DNA of 51,607 bases. Source: an uncultured Gammaproteobacteria bacterium. Its GTDB lineage: Bacteria; Pseudomonadota; Gammaproteobacteria; GCA-002705445; GCA-002716945. The stretch is from the NCBI GenBank assembly GCA_913041905.1, contig CAJWJQ010000001.1, positions 1 to 51,607 of the forward strand, in the 5' to 3' direction. The position numbers and the translations under genes are program-made. Below are positions 19,674-29,772 of this stretch, piece after piece. The notes under the pieces are model-generated. The model ran no database searches, was not told the DNA's origin, and worked only from the letters and a program-made list of their open reading frames with translations. Numbering within the stretch: the stretch's first letter is position 1; the number at the start of each line of letters is the position of its first letter.

Positions 19674-20749
19674 GTATTACGACCTCTATCAACTGATGAA
19701 AATTTTATCCTTGGATCAACTAAAACATAACTTATATCTGTAAGGAGTTTGGCTATAAGTCCTAGCAAAGTAAAAAGAAATAATGTTCCTAATACAACAG
19801 GGTAATCTCTATGCAATATAGATTCATAAGATAAAAGACCAATGCCATCCAAAGAAAAAATAGTTTCAATTAATATGCTACCAGTAAAAAATGCTGATAT
19901 GAATTGAGCTGGAAACCCTGTTAATATTGGTATAAGTGCGTTTTTAAAAACATGCTTATAAAGTATTTCATTTTCACTCAATCCTTTAGACTTTGCAGTT
20001 AGAACATATTGTTTTTTAATTTCTTCAATAAAACTATTTTTTGTAAGCATAGTCATAATTGCAAAACTTCCTATGACAGAAGATATAATTGGTAAGGTCA
20101 TATGCCATAAATAGTCTAGTATTTTTGCGCCAAATGATAATTCATTCCAATTATCTGAGATTATGCCTCTTGTTGGAAATACATCATAGAAACTACCACC
20201 ACCAAGTAATACAATTAAGCTTATTCCCAATACAAATCCTGGTATTGAATATCCGATAAGTATTAATGTGCTTGTTGTAACATCAAATTTTGATCCATGC
20301 GTTACAGCTTTTTTTATTCCTAGGGGTATGCAAATAGAATATATGATAAAAAAAGACCATAGTCCTAGGCTTATCGATACAGGTAATTTATCCACAATTA
20401 ATTCTGCAACAGATTTATGGTGAAAATAACTCTGTCCTAAGTCAAAGCTTATATAATTTACTACTAAATCAGTGAATCTTTCTAAAAATGGTTTATCAAA
20501 ACCATAAAATTCTTTTAGTTGATTTATATGGTCTTCGTTTAATCCACTAGCTCCTCTATATAAATTTGAGCCCCCAGAGGATGCTTCTCCGACTACATTG
20601 AGGCTATTTAATTGGTTAGTTAGTTGTTCTACGGGGCCACCAGGAACAAATTGAGTAACTAAAAAAGTAATGAATAATATTCCAAATAACGTTGGAATCA
20701 TAAGGAACAATCTTTTTAAGATATATTTATACATTATTTTATGGACCAT
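19670..20749 (-). CDS. yejB: Peptide ABC transporter permease (YejB-type)
   Basis: 359 aa, DppB/OppB-like. N-terminal YILKRLFLMIPTLFGI and the EAA-loop region TAKSKGLSE. Confidence 0.7.
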   Translation of the reverse strand: MVHKIMYKYILKRLFLMIPTLFGILFITFLVTQFVPGGPVEQLTNQLNSLNVVGEASSGGSNLYRGASGLNEDHINQLKEFYGFDKPFLERFTDLVVNYISFDLGQSYFHHKSVAELIVDKLPVSISLGLWSFFIIYSICIPLGIKKAVTHGSKFDVTTSTLILIGYSIPGFVLGISLIVLLGGGSFYDVFPTRGIISDNWNELSFGAKILDYLWHMTLPIISSVIGSFAIMTMLTKNSFIEEIKKQYVLTAKSKGLSENEILYKHVFKNALIPILTGFPAQFISAFFTGSILIETIFSLDGIGLLSYESILHRDYPVVLGTLFLFTLLGLIAKLLTDISYVLVDPRIKFSSVDRGRNT

Positions 20750-22524
20750 GTTTTTAAAATGTAATCAGTTGCTTCATAATATTTTGGCAGATTATTTGGC
20801 ATTTTGAATTTGTCAAAATATGCAATTCTATGTTCATTAATAAACCAATTTGGAAGCATATAAAATTCATTCCATAATAGTCTATCTAACAAATGTGCTG
20901 ATTTAATCATATCTTCTCTACTAGCGCTGTACACAATTCTCTCCAATAGTTTATCGACATTTTTATCTTGTATACCTCCAACATTATAAGAACCTTTTTT
21001 GTTGGCGCTAGAAGAATGGAACATTGCAAATAATTCATTACCTGGAGACTGTGATTGAGGATAGCTCATAACCATCATATCAAAATCAAATGAATCAACT
21101 CTTCGTTGATAAAGAGATAGGTCAATTGTTCTGTAATTAAGTTTTATGCCTAGTTTTTTTAAATTAATCGCAAATGGAGCAAGTATTCTTTCAAATCCTT
21201 TTTGTGCTAATAGGAAATTAAACTCTATTTTATTACCATTATTATCATGCAAAATATCATCGTGAACTTTCCAACCTAATTTATCAAAAATTTTCTTTGC
21301 TTCTATTAAATTATCTCTAGATGATTTTTTATTATCAATAAACTCAATATCTTTAGATTTAACAAGCTCTAGTGGAATAGATAACTCTCTAGCTAGGTCT
21401 AATTCATAGTTTGAAGGCTCTATTGGGGCAGATAATTCACTATTACTAAAGTAACTTTTACATCTTTTATATTGATTATAAAAAAGATTTTTATTAGACC
21501 AGTTAAAATCAAAAGCTAAAGTAATAGCTTTTCTAACCTCTCGATTCATAAATATTTTTTTTCTTGTGTTAAATATAAACCCTTGTATACCAGCATTATT
21601 TAAATGCTTTAATTGAGTTTTTATGATTATTCCATTGTCAAAGTTTGGACCATTATAATCCCTTGCCCATCTTTTAGAGTGATTTTCAAAAATATAATCA
21701 TATTCATGCGCCTTAAATGCTTCTAATGCTACTGTCATATCTTTGTAATATTTAAAAATAATTTTATTAAAATTGAACATTCCTCTTCTAGTTGATTCCT
21801 TTTCACCCCAATACTTTGGATTCTTTTTATACTCAATAAATCTTCCAGCTTCAAATTTATCAATTATATATGGACCGCTTGCTATAGGGTGTTCAAGAAC
21901 AACCTCATTAAATTTTTTATTCTTAAACCATTTTTTTGAAAAAATAGGTATATCTCCAATAATCATATGCAATTCTGGATTTTTCTTTTTAAATATAAAT
22001 TTAATCGTTTGGCTATCTATAATTTGTGTAGATTTTATATCTGACCAATAAATCTTATATTGTGGGTGGGCATGCTTGCTTATAAGTGTTAAAAATGAAA
22101 ATTCTACGTCTTGAGCTGAGATCTTATCACCATTAGAAAACTTAGCATTATCTTTTATATAGTAAATTACAGACATTTTATCTTGGGAGAGTTTATATCC
22201 AGATGCTATATGTCCATAACTTGATGATGGTTCATCTAAACTCCTTTCCATTAATGTTTCAAACATAAGATTATTCATTCCAGCAGGCGCTAATGATTTA
22301 AGTAAAAATGGATTCAGTGACTCGAATGTTCCAAATGCAGAAAGCTTAATTACCCCTCCTTTGTTAGCATAGGGGTGTGTATATTCAAAATTTTGAAAAT
22401 TATCAGGATATTTTGGCTTATATCCTATACCAATAGAATAATCTGCAAAAATAGGCTTATTTAAAATAAATAAGATAAATATAGCTAGAATTAATTTAAA
22501 TTGTGATTTATTGTAAATATTCAT
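20734..22524 (-). CDS. yejA: Periplasmic family-5 (peptide/nickel) solute-binding protein (YejA-type)
   Basis: 596 aa with a signal peptide. First gene of the four-gene transporter operon. Size matches YejA. Confidence 0.65.
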   Translation of the reverse strand: MNIYNKSQFKLILAIFILFILNKPIFADYSIGIGYKPKYPDNFQNFEYTHPYANKGGVIKLSAFGTFESLNPFLLKSLAPAGMNNLMFETLMERSLDEPSSSYGHIASGYKLSQDKMSVIYYIKDNAKFSNGDKISAQDVEFSFLTLISKHAHPQYKIYWSDIKSTQIIDSQTIKFIFKKKNPELHMIIGDIPIFSKKWFKNKKFNEVVLEHPIASGPYIIDKFEAGRFIEYKKNPKYWGEKESTRRGMFNFNKIIFKYYKDMTVALEAFKAHEYDYIFENHSKRWARDYNGPNFDNGIIIKTQLKHLNNAGIQGFIFNTRKKIFMNREVRKAITLAFDFNWSNKNLFYNQYKRCKSYFSNSELSAPIEPSNYELDLARELSIPLELVKSKDIEFIDNKKSSRDNLIEAKKIFDKLGWKVHDDILHDNNGNKIEFNFLLAQKGFERILAPFAINLKKLGIKLNYRTIDLSLYQRRVDSFDFDMMVMSYPQSQSPGNELFAMFHSSSANKKGSYNVGGIQDKNVDKLLERIVYSASREDMIKSAHLLDRLLWNEFYMLPNWFINEHRIAYFDKFKMPNNLPKYYEATDYILKTWSIK

Positions 22525-22580
22525 GAAAAATTAAAATTTATACTTTAATATAATATTCTAAATAAGCTGTAAATAATATC

Positions 22581-23357
22581 TTGGAAATGAATTTAAAAAA
22601 TAAAAAAGCCCTTATAATTGGCATAGCTAGCAACAGATCTATTGCTGCTGGTATTGCCAAAGCTTTTGGTAACAGTGGGATAGAGCTAGCTCTTACATAT
22701 CAAAATGAGAAATTAAAGAGTAGAGTTGAAGATATAGGAAAAGAAATTTCAGATAAAACCCTTGTTTATCCCTGTGATCTCGAAAATGACAATGAAATTT
22801 CAAAATTAAAAAACAACATAAAGGAAATATGGGGTTCTGTAGATATAATAGTGCACTCTGCTGCTTTTGCCCCCAGAGAATTATTATCAGGTAATTTTGT
22901 AGACAATATAACAAGAGAAGGGTTTAAAATAGCTCATGATATAAGCTCTTATTCTTTTGTTGCTCTTGCTAAAGAGTTTAAGGGTATTATAAATGATGGC
23001 GGTTCTTTATTAACACTCAGTTATTTGGGTTCAGAAAAAGTAATAAAGAATTATAATGTAATGGGTCTAGCAAAAGCAAGCTTAGAGTCTAACGTAAGAT
23101 ATATGTCTCATGCGCTTGGAGATAATAATATCAGAGTAAACGCAATATCGGCTGGTCCTATAAAAACCTTAGCTTCTGCTGGCATTTCAGGGTTTAATGA
23201 AATACTAAAGCACGTTGAGGAAAAATCAGCCCTTAAGAGAAATGTTACTTTAGATGAAATTTCCAACACTGCCCTGTTTTTATCAAGCAATGATGCTTCT
23301 GGAATAACTGGTCAAATTATCTATGTTGATTGTGGTTTTAATATAAGCGGCGTTTAA
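22581..23357 (+). CDS. fabI: Enoyl-ACP reductase (NADH), FabI
   Basis: KKALIIGIASNRSIAAGIAKAF and SYLGSEKVIKNYNVMGLAKASLE (Y-x6-K) are FabI hallmarks. The ORF-track start at 22581 is TTG; the ATG at 22587 is equally possible. Confidence 0.93.
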   Translation: MEMNLKNKKALIIGIASNRSIAAGIAKAFGNSGIELALTYQNEKLKSRVEDIGKEISDKTLVYPCDLENDNEISKLKNNIKEIWGSVDIIVHSAAFAPRELLSGNFVDNITREGFKIAHDISSYSFVALAKEFKGIINDGGSLLTLSYLGSEKVIKNYNVMGLAKASLESNVRYMSHALGDNNIRVNAISAGPIKTLASAGISGFNEILKHVEEKSALKRNVTLDEISNTALFLSSNDASGITGQIIYVDCGFNISGV

Positions 23358-25213
23358 TCACGATTTATTAATTCATAATTAATTTCTATGTCAGCTTTAG
23401 ATTTTAAAACATTATAAAAATATTTAAACTCAGTTTCACTCCTAGTATTTAGAGCAAAATTATAGAAATCATCAGAACCTTTGAGTTTTTTTGTGCTCTT
23501 TGGGTATTTAATAGAATTAACTGCAAAAACAATATAATCATTATTTTTCAATCTTGATGTCTGATAGCCTATATTTGAATTGGCGCTGAAAAAAATATTT
23601 TTTAAATTATCATTAATTGTTTTTGAGTCTATAGTTCCTTTAAAAGTCTTAAAATTATATTTTTTAGAAACTATATTTGCATTCATATCATCTCTGATAT
23701 TTTCAGCTATTTTAATTATTTCATTATTACTTTCTTTCTCTCTAAGTAAAACAGAAATTATTTCTTTAGAATCTTCATAGGGCATTTGTTCAGGTTTTTG
23801 ATAGGATTTTTTTTGTCCAATAATAAATCTATCATCGTTGAGATATATTAAATCGCTGGTAATATTTTCCTCTAACACTTCTTTTTTAAATAACTCTTTT
23901 CTAACAAAATCATAATTAAAAATACTATATCCTTCTATTTCTGTAATGGGTTTAGATGTTTTTATATTTAGATTAAATTCATCAGCAATATTCTGCAAAG
24001 TGGTTTGTTTGGTAAAATTTATTTCACTAATTCCATCAATTAAATCAAAATATTTTCTAGTTCCTATCTCCTTTTTATATTCCTTTATCAATTTAGGTCT
24101 AATATCTTTATATGAGATATCTTTAGATATTAATTTATTATTAATAGATATTATATGGTAGCCTTTATCTGACTCTATAATCGTGGAAATTTCATTCATT
24201 TCCAAAGCAGATGCACTATTACTTAAATAATCTGGTAAATCATCTAAAATAAATTCGCCCAGATGGCCTTCGTTATTTTGTGTTTCTGTGTCTTTAGAAT
24301 AAACCTTAGCTACTTCTTTATATGTCTTGCCTTTTAAGAGGCTATTATGGGCTTTTTTTGCAGTATTTAGTGCTTCTTTGCTGTGCGGTATCAAAATATG
24401 GTTAAGGTCATATTTTGTAGGTTCTGTATACTCTCCTTCTGTCAATCTTTCATTATAAATATTTTTAATCTTACCGTCATCTACCTTTACTTTATTAATA
24501 ATTTCGTTTTTATTAACATCTAAATAACTAAATGATGCTGACCTTGATGTCATGTAATTTTTTTTATTAAATTTATAATAATTTTCAATTTTCTCTTTAG
24601 ATACTTTTATTGATGTTTTGATATCATTGTAATTTATTTTTAAATAACCAATTATTCTTTCATGGTATCTAGATTTTAGTAAGTCGTCCTTTTCAGTGTT
24701 TGTTAATATCGCTGTATCAGTTATTGATTTCTTTAATTGCTCTGTTATCCCTTTTTGATACACATACCTTTCGTAATTTTTAGGAGTCATATTGATTTTA
24801 TATAACTGAGATTTATATATATTTTCATTAAACCCTTTCTCATCTTTAAATGAAGATGAGGCGTATATTTGATTTAAAATTGATTTATTGTGAAAGGCTA
24901 ATCCTAATGCTCTTGAGGTCTGATCCATTAATATAGTTCTCATCATATAATCTACTGTTATATTTCTTATAAACTTATTTGTATATAAGGGAGGAATAGC
25001 TCCCCCAAAATTTTTTTGAAGAGCTTGGCGATATTGATAAACTTCTTGTTCTAATTGTGCTGAAGTAATAATTCTATCGTTTATTTTAAATGAAAATGTT
25101 TCCGATGTAGTTTGATAATTTCCTAAGCCCATAAAAATCAAAGGAATTGCAACCAAGAATAGCAATACAGCTATTACCCATGTGCTTAAATTTTCTCTTA
25201 TTCTACTAAGCAT
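23354..25213 (-). CDS. ppiD: Periplasmic chaperone / peptidyl-prolyl isomerase PpiD
   Basis: 619 aa. N-terminal membrane anchor (WVIAVLLFLVAIPLIFMG) and a SurA-like/parvulin region. Canonical position after lon-hupB. Confidence 0.85.
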   Translation of the reverse strand: MLSRIRENLSTWVIAVLLFLVAIPLIFMGLGNYQTTSETFSFKINDRIITSAQLEQEVYQYRQALQKNFGGAIPPLYTNKFIRNITVDYMMRTILMDQTSRALGLAFHNKSILNQIYASSSFKDEKGFNENIYKSQLYKINMTPKNYERYVYQKGITEQLKKSITDTAILTNTEKDDLLKSRYHERIIGYLKINYNDIKTSIKVSKEKIENYYKFNKKNYMTSRSASFSYLDVNKNEIINKVKVDDGKIKNIYNERLTEGEYTEPTKYDLNHILIPHSKEALNTAKKAHNSLLKGKTYKEVAKVYSKDTETQNNEGHLGEFILDDLPDYLSNSASALEMNEISTIIESDKGYHIISINNKLISKDISYKDIRPKLIKEYKKEIGTRKYFDLIDGISEINFTKQTTLQNIADEFNLNIKTSKPITEIEGYSIFNYDFVRKELFKKEVLEENITSDLIYLNDDRFIIGQKKSYQKPEQMPYEDSKEIISVLLREKESNNEIIKIAENIRDDMNANIVSKKYNFKTFKGTIDSKTINDNLKNIFFSANSNIGYQTSRLKNNDYIVFAVNSIKYPKSTKKLKGSDDFYNFALNTRSETEFKYFYNVLKSKADIEINYELINRD

Positions 25214-25234
25214 AATAATAAAAATTTTTAGTTA

Positions 25235-25309
25235 CGGAGACGAAGGGACTCGAACCCTCGACCTCCTGCGTGACAGGCAGGCGTTCTAACCAAACTGAAC
25301 TACGCCTCC
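25235..25309 (-). tRNA. tRNA-Asp (GTC)
   Basis: Hand-folded cloverleaf: GGAGGCG/TA/GTTC..GAAC/G/CCTGC-CTGTCAC-GCAGG/AGGTC/GAGGG-TTCGAGT-CCCTT/CGTCTCC/G. 75 nt, CCA not encoded. Closely resembles E. coli tRNA-Asp. Confidence 0.93.
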
Positions 25310-25351
25310 AAAACTTAGCCTATAATATCACTAAATAAAATCTACATACAT

Positions 25352-25378
25352 AAAAGAAGCAGTATAACTGCCTCTTTT
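25352..25378. terminator. Hairpin with flanking A- and T-runs between tRNA-Val and tRNA-Asp (bidirectional-terminator-like)
   Basis: Plus strand reads AAAAGAAGCAG-TATAA-CTGCCTCTTTT: a 9-bp stem (one G:U when read on the minus strand), a 5-nt loop, and a T-run after the stem on either strand. The stem is only moderately GC-rich. Confidence 0.3.
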
Positions 25379-25384
25379 AGTTTA

Positions 25385-25461
25385 TGGTGGGTACTGTAAG
25401 AGTCGAACTTACGACCTCCGCCTTGTAAGGGCGGCGCTCTAACCAGCTGAGCTAAGCACCC
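25385..25461 (-). tRNA. tRNA-Val (TAC), CCA encoded
   Basis: GGGTGCT/TA/GCTC..GAGC/G/CCGCC-CTTACAA-GGCGG/AGGTC/GTAAG-TTCGACT-CTTAC/AGTACCC/A/CCA. 77 nt. Confidence 0.93.
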
Positions 25462-25482
25462 CCTTATTGAAATATATAATTT

Positions 25483-25755
25483 TTAATTTAAAGCATCTTT
25501 AAAAGCTTTACCCGCTTTAAAAGATGGTACTGTTGATGCTGCTATTTGGATAGTTTCTCCTGTTCTTGGATTTCTACCTTGTCTAGCATCACGTTTTTTT
25601 GCTTTAAAAGTTCCAAAACCAACCAAAGCAACTTCAGCGTCACCTTTTAATGTTTTTGTAACCACATTGATCATTGCTTCAACATGAGCTGATGCATCAG
25701 ATTTACTACTTCCTGCTTCTTCAGCCACTGCTGAAATAAATTCCGCTTTATTCAT
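25483..25755 (-). CDS. hupB: Nucleoid-associated DNA-binding protein HU
   Basis: 90 aa. MNKAEFISAVAE...GFGTFKAKKRDARQGRNPRTGETIQIAAS is the HU/IHF signature. AAAGAGG Shine-Dalgarno 6 nt upstream. Follows lon. Confidence 0.95.
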   Translation of the reverse strand: MNKAEFISAVAEEAGSSKSDASAHVEAMINVVTKTLKGDAEVALVGFGTFKAKKRDARQGRNPRTGETIQIAASTVPSFKAGKAFKDALN

Positions 25756-25947
25756 TTGAACCTCTTTATAATATTTTGATATTTTTTGATTTTTTTATTG
25801 CCAATTAGTAACTTAACGGGCAACTTGTGATTTCATACAAAATCACTATGTTGAGTTTACAATATTTTCGACAATAATTATATATGTGGATGGCAATTAT
25901 TGTTAATCTTGGCTACCTTTCTACGTTTACATGATAAAAAAAATATG

Positions 25948-28365
25948 TTAATGAGGTAATCTCTTATTATTCGGAGATTTGTTCTTTTTAGTTCTCACCG
26001 AATTCTTTTTTTGAGCAGGTCTAGTTTTTGCTAATTTATTTTTAAGCGCTATTGTAAAAACTTCATCTACAAATTTTACGGGGTGTATTTTTAATCCTTT
26101 TTTTACATTCTCAGGTATCTCAGCAAGGTCCTTTTCATTGTCTTGTGGTATAATCACCTCTTTTATCCCTCCCCTTAATGCTGCCAAGAGTTTCTCTTTA
26201 AGACCTCCTATTTCTAATACTTCTCCTCTTAGTGTAATTTCGCCAGTCATGGCAACATCTGCCCTAACAGGTGTATTTGAAAGTGATGATGCGACTGCTA
26301 AAGCCATGCTAATTCCTGCGCTTGGCCCATCTTTTGGTGTAGCTCCTTCTGGAACATGTATATGGATATCTTTGTTTTCATAAAATTGAGTATCTATTCC
26401 TAGTGATGCCGCTCTTGTTCTTACAACTGTAACAGCTGCTTTGATTGATTCCTGCATTACATCACCCAGCTTCCCAGTTTGAGTCACCTTTCCTTTCCCT
26501 GACATGAGAGCACATTCAATTCTTAATAATTCACCACCCACAGATGTCCAGGCTAACCCATTAACTTGACCAACCATATCCTTCTTGTCTGCAGAGCTAT
26601 AGTTAAACGGCTTAACACCCAAATATTCGTGAAGGTTAATTGGTGTTATTTTAAAAGTATTTGTTCTTTTTTTATTTAGAAGTAGTGATTTTACAATTTT
26701 TCTACATATTTTAGATATGGATCTATCTAATCCCCTAACACCTGATTCTCTTGTGTAGTATCTTATAATATCTCTAATAGCCGAAACTGATATTGATAGT
26801 TCTTTTGCTTTTAATCCGTTCTGTTTAAATTGTTTAGATAATAGATATTTTTTTGCAATGTCTGTTTTTTCATCTTCAGTATATCCAGGCAATCTTATAA
26901 TTTCCATTCTATCAAGCAATGGTATAGGTATAGATTCCATAGAATTTGCAGTTGCAATAAACATAACGTCTGACAAGTCAAAATCAACCTCTAGGTAATG
27001 ATCATTGAATGCAAAGTTTTGTTCTGGGTCTAAAACTTCTAATAGAGCTGAAGAAGGGTCTCCTCTAAAATCCATAGCCATTTTATCTATTTCGTCTAAT
27101 AAAAAAAGGGGGTTTCTTGTTTTTATTTTAGAAAGATTCTGTATTACTTTTCCTGGCATAGACCCTATATATGTTTTTCTATGACCTCTTATTTCAGCCT
27201 CGTCTCTAACTCCTCCTAGGGACATTTTAATAAATTTTCTGTTAGTTGACCTTGCGATTGATTTTCCAAGAGACGTTTTTCCAACACCAGGAGGTCCAAC
27301 AAGACATAATATAGGTCCTTTTAATTTTTGAACCCTTTTATTTACTGCAAGATATTCTAATATTCTTTCTTTTACTTTCTCAAGACCATGGTGATCTTCA
27401 TCCAAAATTTTCTCCGCATGCCTTATGTCACTATTAACTTCTGTTTTCTCTTTCCATGGTAATCCAAGAATTGTATCAATATAATTTCGTACTACTGTAG
27501 CTTCGGCAGACATCGGTGACATCATTTTAAATTTACTAAATTCAGAATTAATTTTTTCTTTTGCTTCAGCTGATAGTCCTGCGGTTTCAATTTTTTTCTG
27601 AATAGCTTCAAAGTCATTAGGTTCTTCACCAATTTCTCCAAGTTCTTTTTGGATAGCTTTCATTTGTTCATTTAAATAGTATTCTCTCTGACTTTTTTCC
27701 ATTTGTTGTTTAACTCTGCCCCTGATTTTTTTCTCTACTTGTAGAACATCAAGCTCTGAGTTCATCATTTTTATTAGGTACTCAACTCTATTTTTTGTAT
27801 CAATAATTTCTAAAACTTCTTGTTTTTCTTCTAGACGCATGGTCATGTGTGCAGCAATGCTATCTGATAATTTTGATAAATCTTCAATTCCAGCTATAGA
27901 TGATAATACCTCAGGAGGTATTTTTTTATTCATTTTTACATATTGATTGAAAGTATCTTCCAACGTTCTACTTAAGGCATCCTCATGAGTTATAGATATA
28001 TTTTCATCAACAATTAAATATTCATATTCAGCATTCATTAAATTATTATGTTCAAATATTTTAAGAATCTTAGCTCTAGATACTCCTTCTACTAAAACCT
28101 TCATTGTTCCATCTGGTAGTTTTAATAATTGTAAAATATTTGCAACGCATCCTACTGTATATAATTCATTCTCTACTGGGTCATCAATGTCAGGAGATTT
28201 TTGAGTAACCAATAAAATGCTTTTATTGTTATTATTCATCGCATCTTCAAGTGACTTAATAGATTTAGGTCTACCCACAAATAATGGAACAACCATATTT
28301 GGATATACTACAACATCTCTGAGAGGAAGGATTGGGGTTTGTAAATCTTTCATTTTATTTAACAT
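25948..28365 (-). CDS. lon: ATP-dependent Lon protease
   Basis: 805 aa. Walker A GPPGVGKTS, the PKDGPSAG active-site serine region, and LPLRDVVVYP at the N-terminus. Confidence 0.97.
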   Translation of the reverse strand: MLNKMKDLQTPILPLRDVVVYPNMVVPLFVGRPKSIKSLEDAMNNNNKSILLVTQKSPDIDDPVENELYTVGCVANILQLLKLPDGTMKVLVEGVSRAKILKIFEHNNLMNAEYEYLIVDENISITHEDALSRTLEDTFNQYVKMNKKIPPEVLSSIAGIEDLSKLSDSIAAHMTMRLEEKQEVLEIIDTKNRVEYLIKMMNSELDVLQVEKKIRGRVKQQMEKSQREYYLNEQMKAIQKELGEIGEEPNDFEAIQKKIETAGLSAEAKEKINSEFSKFKMMSPMSAEATVVRNYIDTILGLPWKEKTEVNSDIRHAEKILDEDHHGLEKVKERILEYLAVNKRVQKLKGPILCLVGPPGVGKTSLGKSIARSTNRKFIKMSLGGVRDEAEIRGHRKTYIGSMPGKVIQNLSKIKTRNPLFLLDEIDKMAMDFRGDPSSALLEVLDPEQNFAFNDHYLEVDFDLSDVMFIATANSMESIPIPLLDRMEIIRLPGYTEDEKTDIAKKYLLSKQFKQNGLKAKELSISVSAIRDIIRYYTRESGVRGLDRSISKICRKIVKSLLLNKKRTNTFKITPINLHEYLGVKPFNYSSADKKDMVGQVNGLAWTSVGGELLRIECALMSGKGKVTQTGKLGDVMQESIKAAVTVVRTRAASLGIDTQFYENKDIHIHVPEGATPKDGPSAGISMALAVASSLSNTPVRADVAMTGEITLRGEVLEIGGLKEKLLAALRGGIKEVIIPQDNEKDLAEIPENVKKGLKIHPVKFVDEVFTIALKNKLAKTRPAQKKNSVRTKKNKSPNNKRLPH

Positions 28366-28417
28366 TCACTTATATCATTGATATTATCAATATGGTGTCA
28401 TATTCTCATAATTCAAG

Positions 28418-29683
28418 TTAATCTTTTGATCCAACCTTAGTTTTATTTTTACCATAAATTAGCAAGGGTTTGTTTGAAGATTCAATAACAGATTTATCAA
28501 TAAGAACTTTAATAATATCTGTAGATGACGGTAAGTCATACATAGTATCCAGCAATGTTTTCTCAAGTATAGTTCTTAGACCTCTTGCTCCTGTTTTTCT
28601 TTTCATGGCTTTTTTTGCTATGCTTTTAAGAGCATCATCTCTAAATTCAAGTTCACAATTCTCCATTTGAAAAAGTCGGTGATACTGTTTTGTCAAAGCG
28701 TTTTTTGGCTCGGTTAAAATTTTTACTAAAGATTTTTCATCTAATTCATCTAAGGTTGCTATAACAGGTAATCTACCTACAAACTCAGGAATTAATCCAT
28801 ATTTAATTAAATCTTCCGGACCTACCGTGTTAAGTGTTTCTGCTAAACTAATTTTCTTGTTAATATCTCTAACTGTAGCAGAAAACCCAATGCTTGATTT
28901 ATCTGTTCTGTCTTGAATTATTTTATCAAGCCCAGAGAATGCTCCGCCGACAATAAATAATATGTTAGTTGTATCCACTTGTAAAAATTCTTGTTGTGGA
29001 TGTTTTCTTCCGCCTTGTGGTGGAACAGAAGCAATTGTTCCTTCGATAAGTTTTAGCAATGCTTGCTGAACACCTTCTCCAGAAACATCTCGTGTTATAG
29101 ATGGGTTATCAGACTTGCGAGAAATTTTATCTATTTCATCTATATAAACAATTCCTGTCTGTGCTTTCTCTACATCATAATCACATTTTTGTAATAATTT
29201 TTGTATTATATTTTCAACATCCTCTCCCACGTACCCTGCTTCAGTTAAAGTTGTTGCATCAGCAATTGTAAATGGAACATTTAACAATCTCGCTAATGTT
29301 TCAGCAAGAAGTGTTTTTCCTGACCCTGTAGGCCCGATGAGAAGCACATTACTTTTATTTAGCTCTACGGTATTTTTTGCATCTTTAGTATTTAATCTTT
29401 TGTAATGGTTATAAACAGCAACAGACAATACTTTCTTAGCATGGTTTTGACCTATTACATATTCATCTAATATACTTTTTATTTCTTGGGGCTTTGGTAA
29501 ATTTTGGCGTGTTTTGAGAGATTTTTCTTCTAGTTCATCTCTTATAATTTCATTACATAAATCAACGCATTCATCACATATAAAAACAGATGGGCCGGCA
29601 ATTAATTTACTAACTTCATTTTGGTTTTTTCCACAAAAAGAGCAGTGTAACAATTTATTCGAATCTTTTGTGTTTATATCCAT
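28418..29683 (-). CDS. clpX: ATP-dependent Clp protease ATP-binding subunit ClpX
   Basis: N-terminal zinc finger CSFCGK...CDEC, Walker A GPTGSGKT, and the IGF-like loop. 421 aa. Confidence 0.97.
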   Translation of the reverse strand: MDINTKDSNKLLHCSFCGKNQNEVSKLIAGPSVFICDECVDLCNEIIRDELEEKSLKTRQNLPKPQEIKSILDEYVIGQNHAKKVLSVAVYNHYKRLNTKDAKNTVELNKSNVLLIGPTGSGKTLLAETLARLLNVPFTIADATTLTEAGYVGEDVENIIQKLLQKCDYDVEKAQTGIVYIDEIDKISRKSDNPSITRDVSGEGVQQALLKLIEGTIASVPPQGGRKHPQQEFLQVDTTNILFIVGGAFSGLDKIIQDRTDKSSIGFSATVRDINKKISLAETLNTVGPEDLIKYGLIPEFVGRLPVIATLDELDEKSLVKILTEPKNALTKQYHRLFQMENCELEFRDDALKSIAKKAMKRKTGARGLRTILEKTLLDTMYDLPSSTDIIKVLIDKSVIESSNKPLLIYGKNKTKVGSKD

Positions 29684-29712
29684 TATAAATGTTTTATTTT
29701 AGTATACACTGC

Positions 29713-29730
29713 TTTTGCATTAATGCAAAA
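29713..29730. repeat. Perfect 18-bp palindrome TTTTGCATTAATGCAAAA in the clpP-clpX spacer
   Basis: Read directly from the sequence. It lies 43-60 nt after the clpP stop and 30-47 nt before the clpX ATG. No U-tract follows on the coding strand. Confidence 0.6.
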
Positions 29731-29772
29731 AATTTATAAAATTAAAGAATTTATGATAGATTTTGGATCTTT

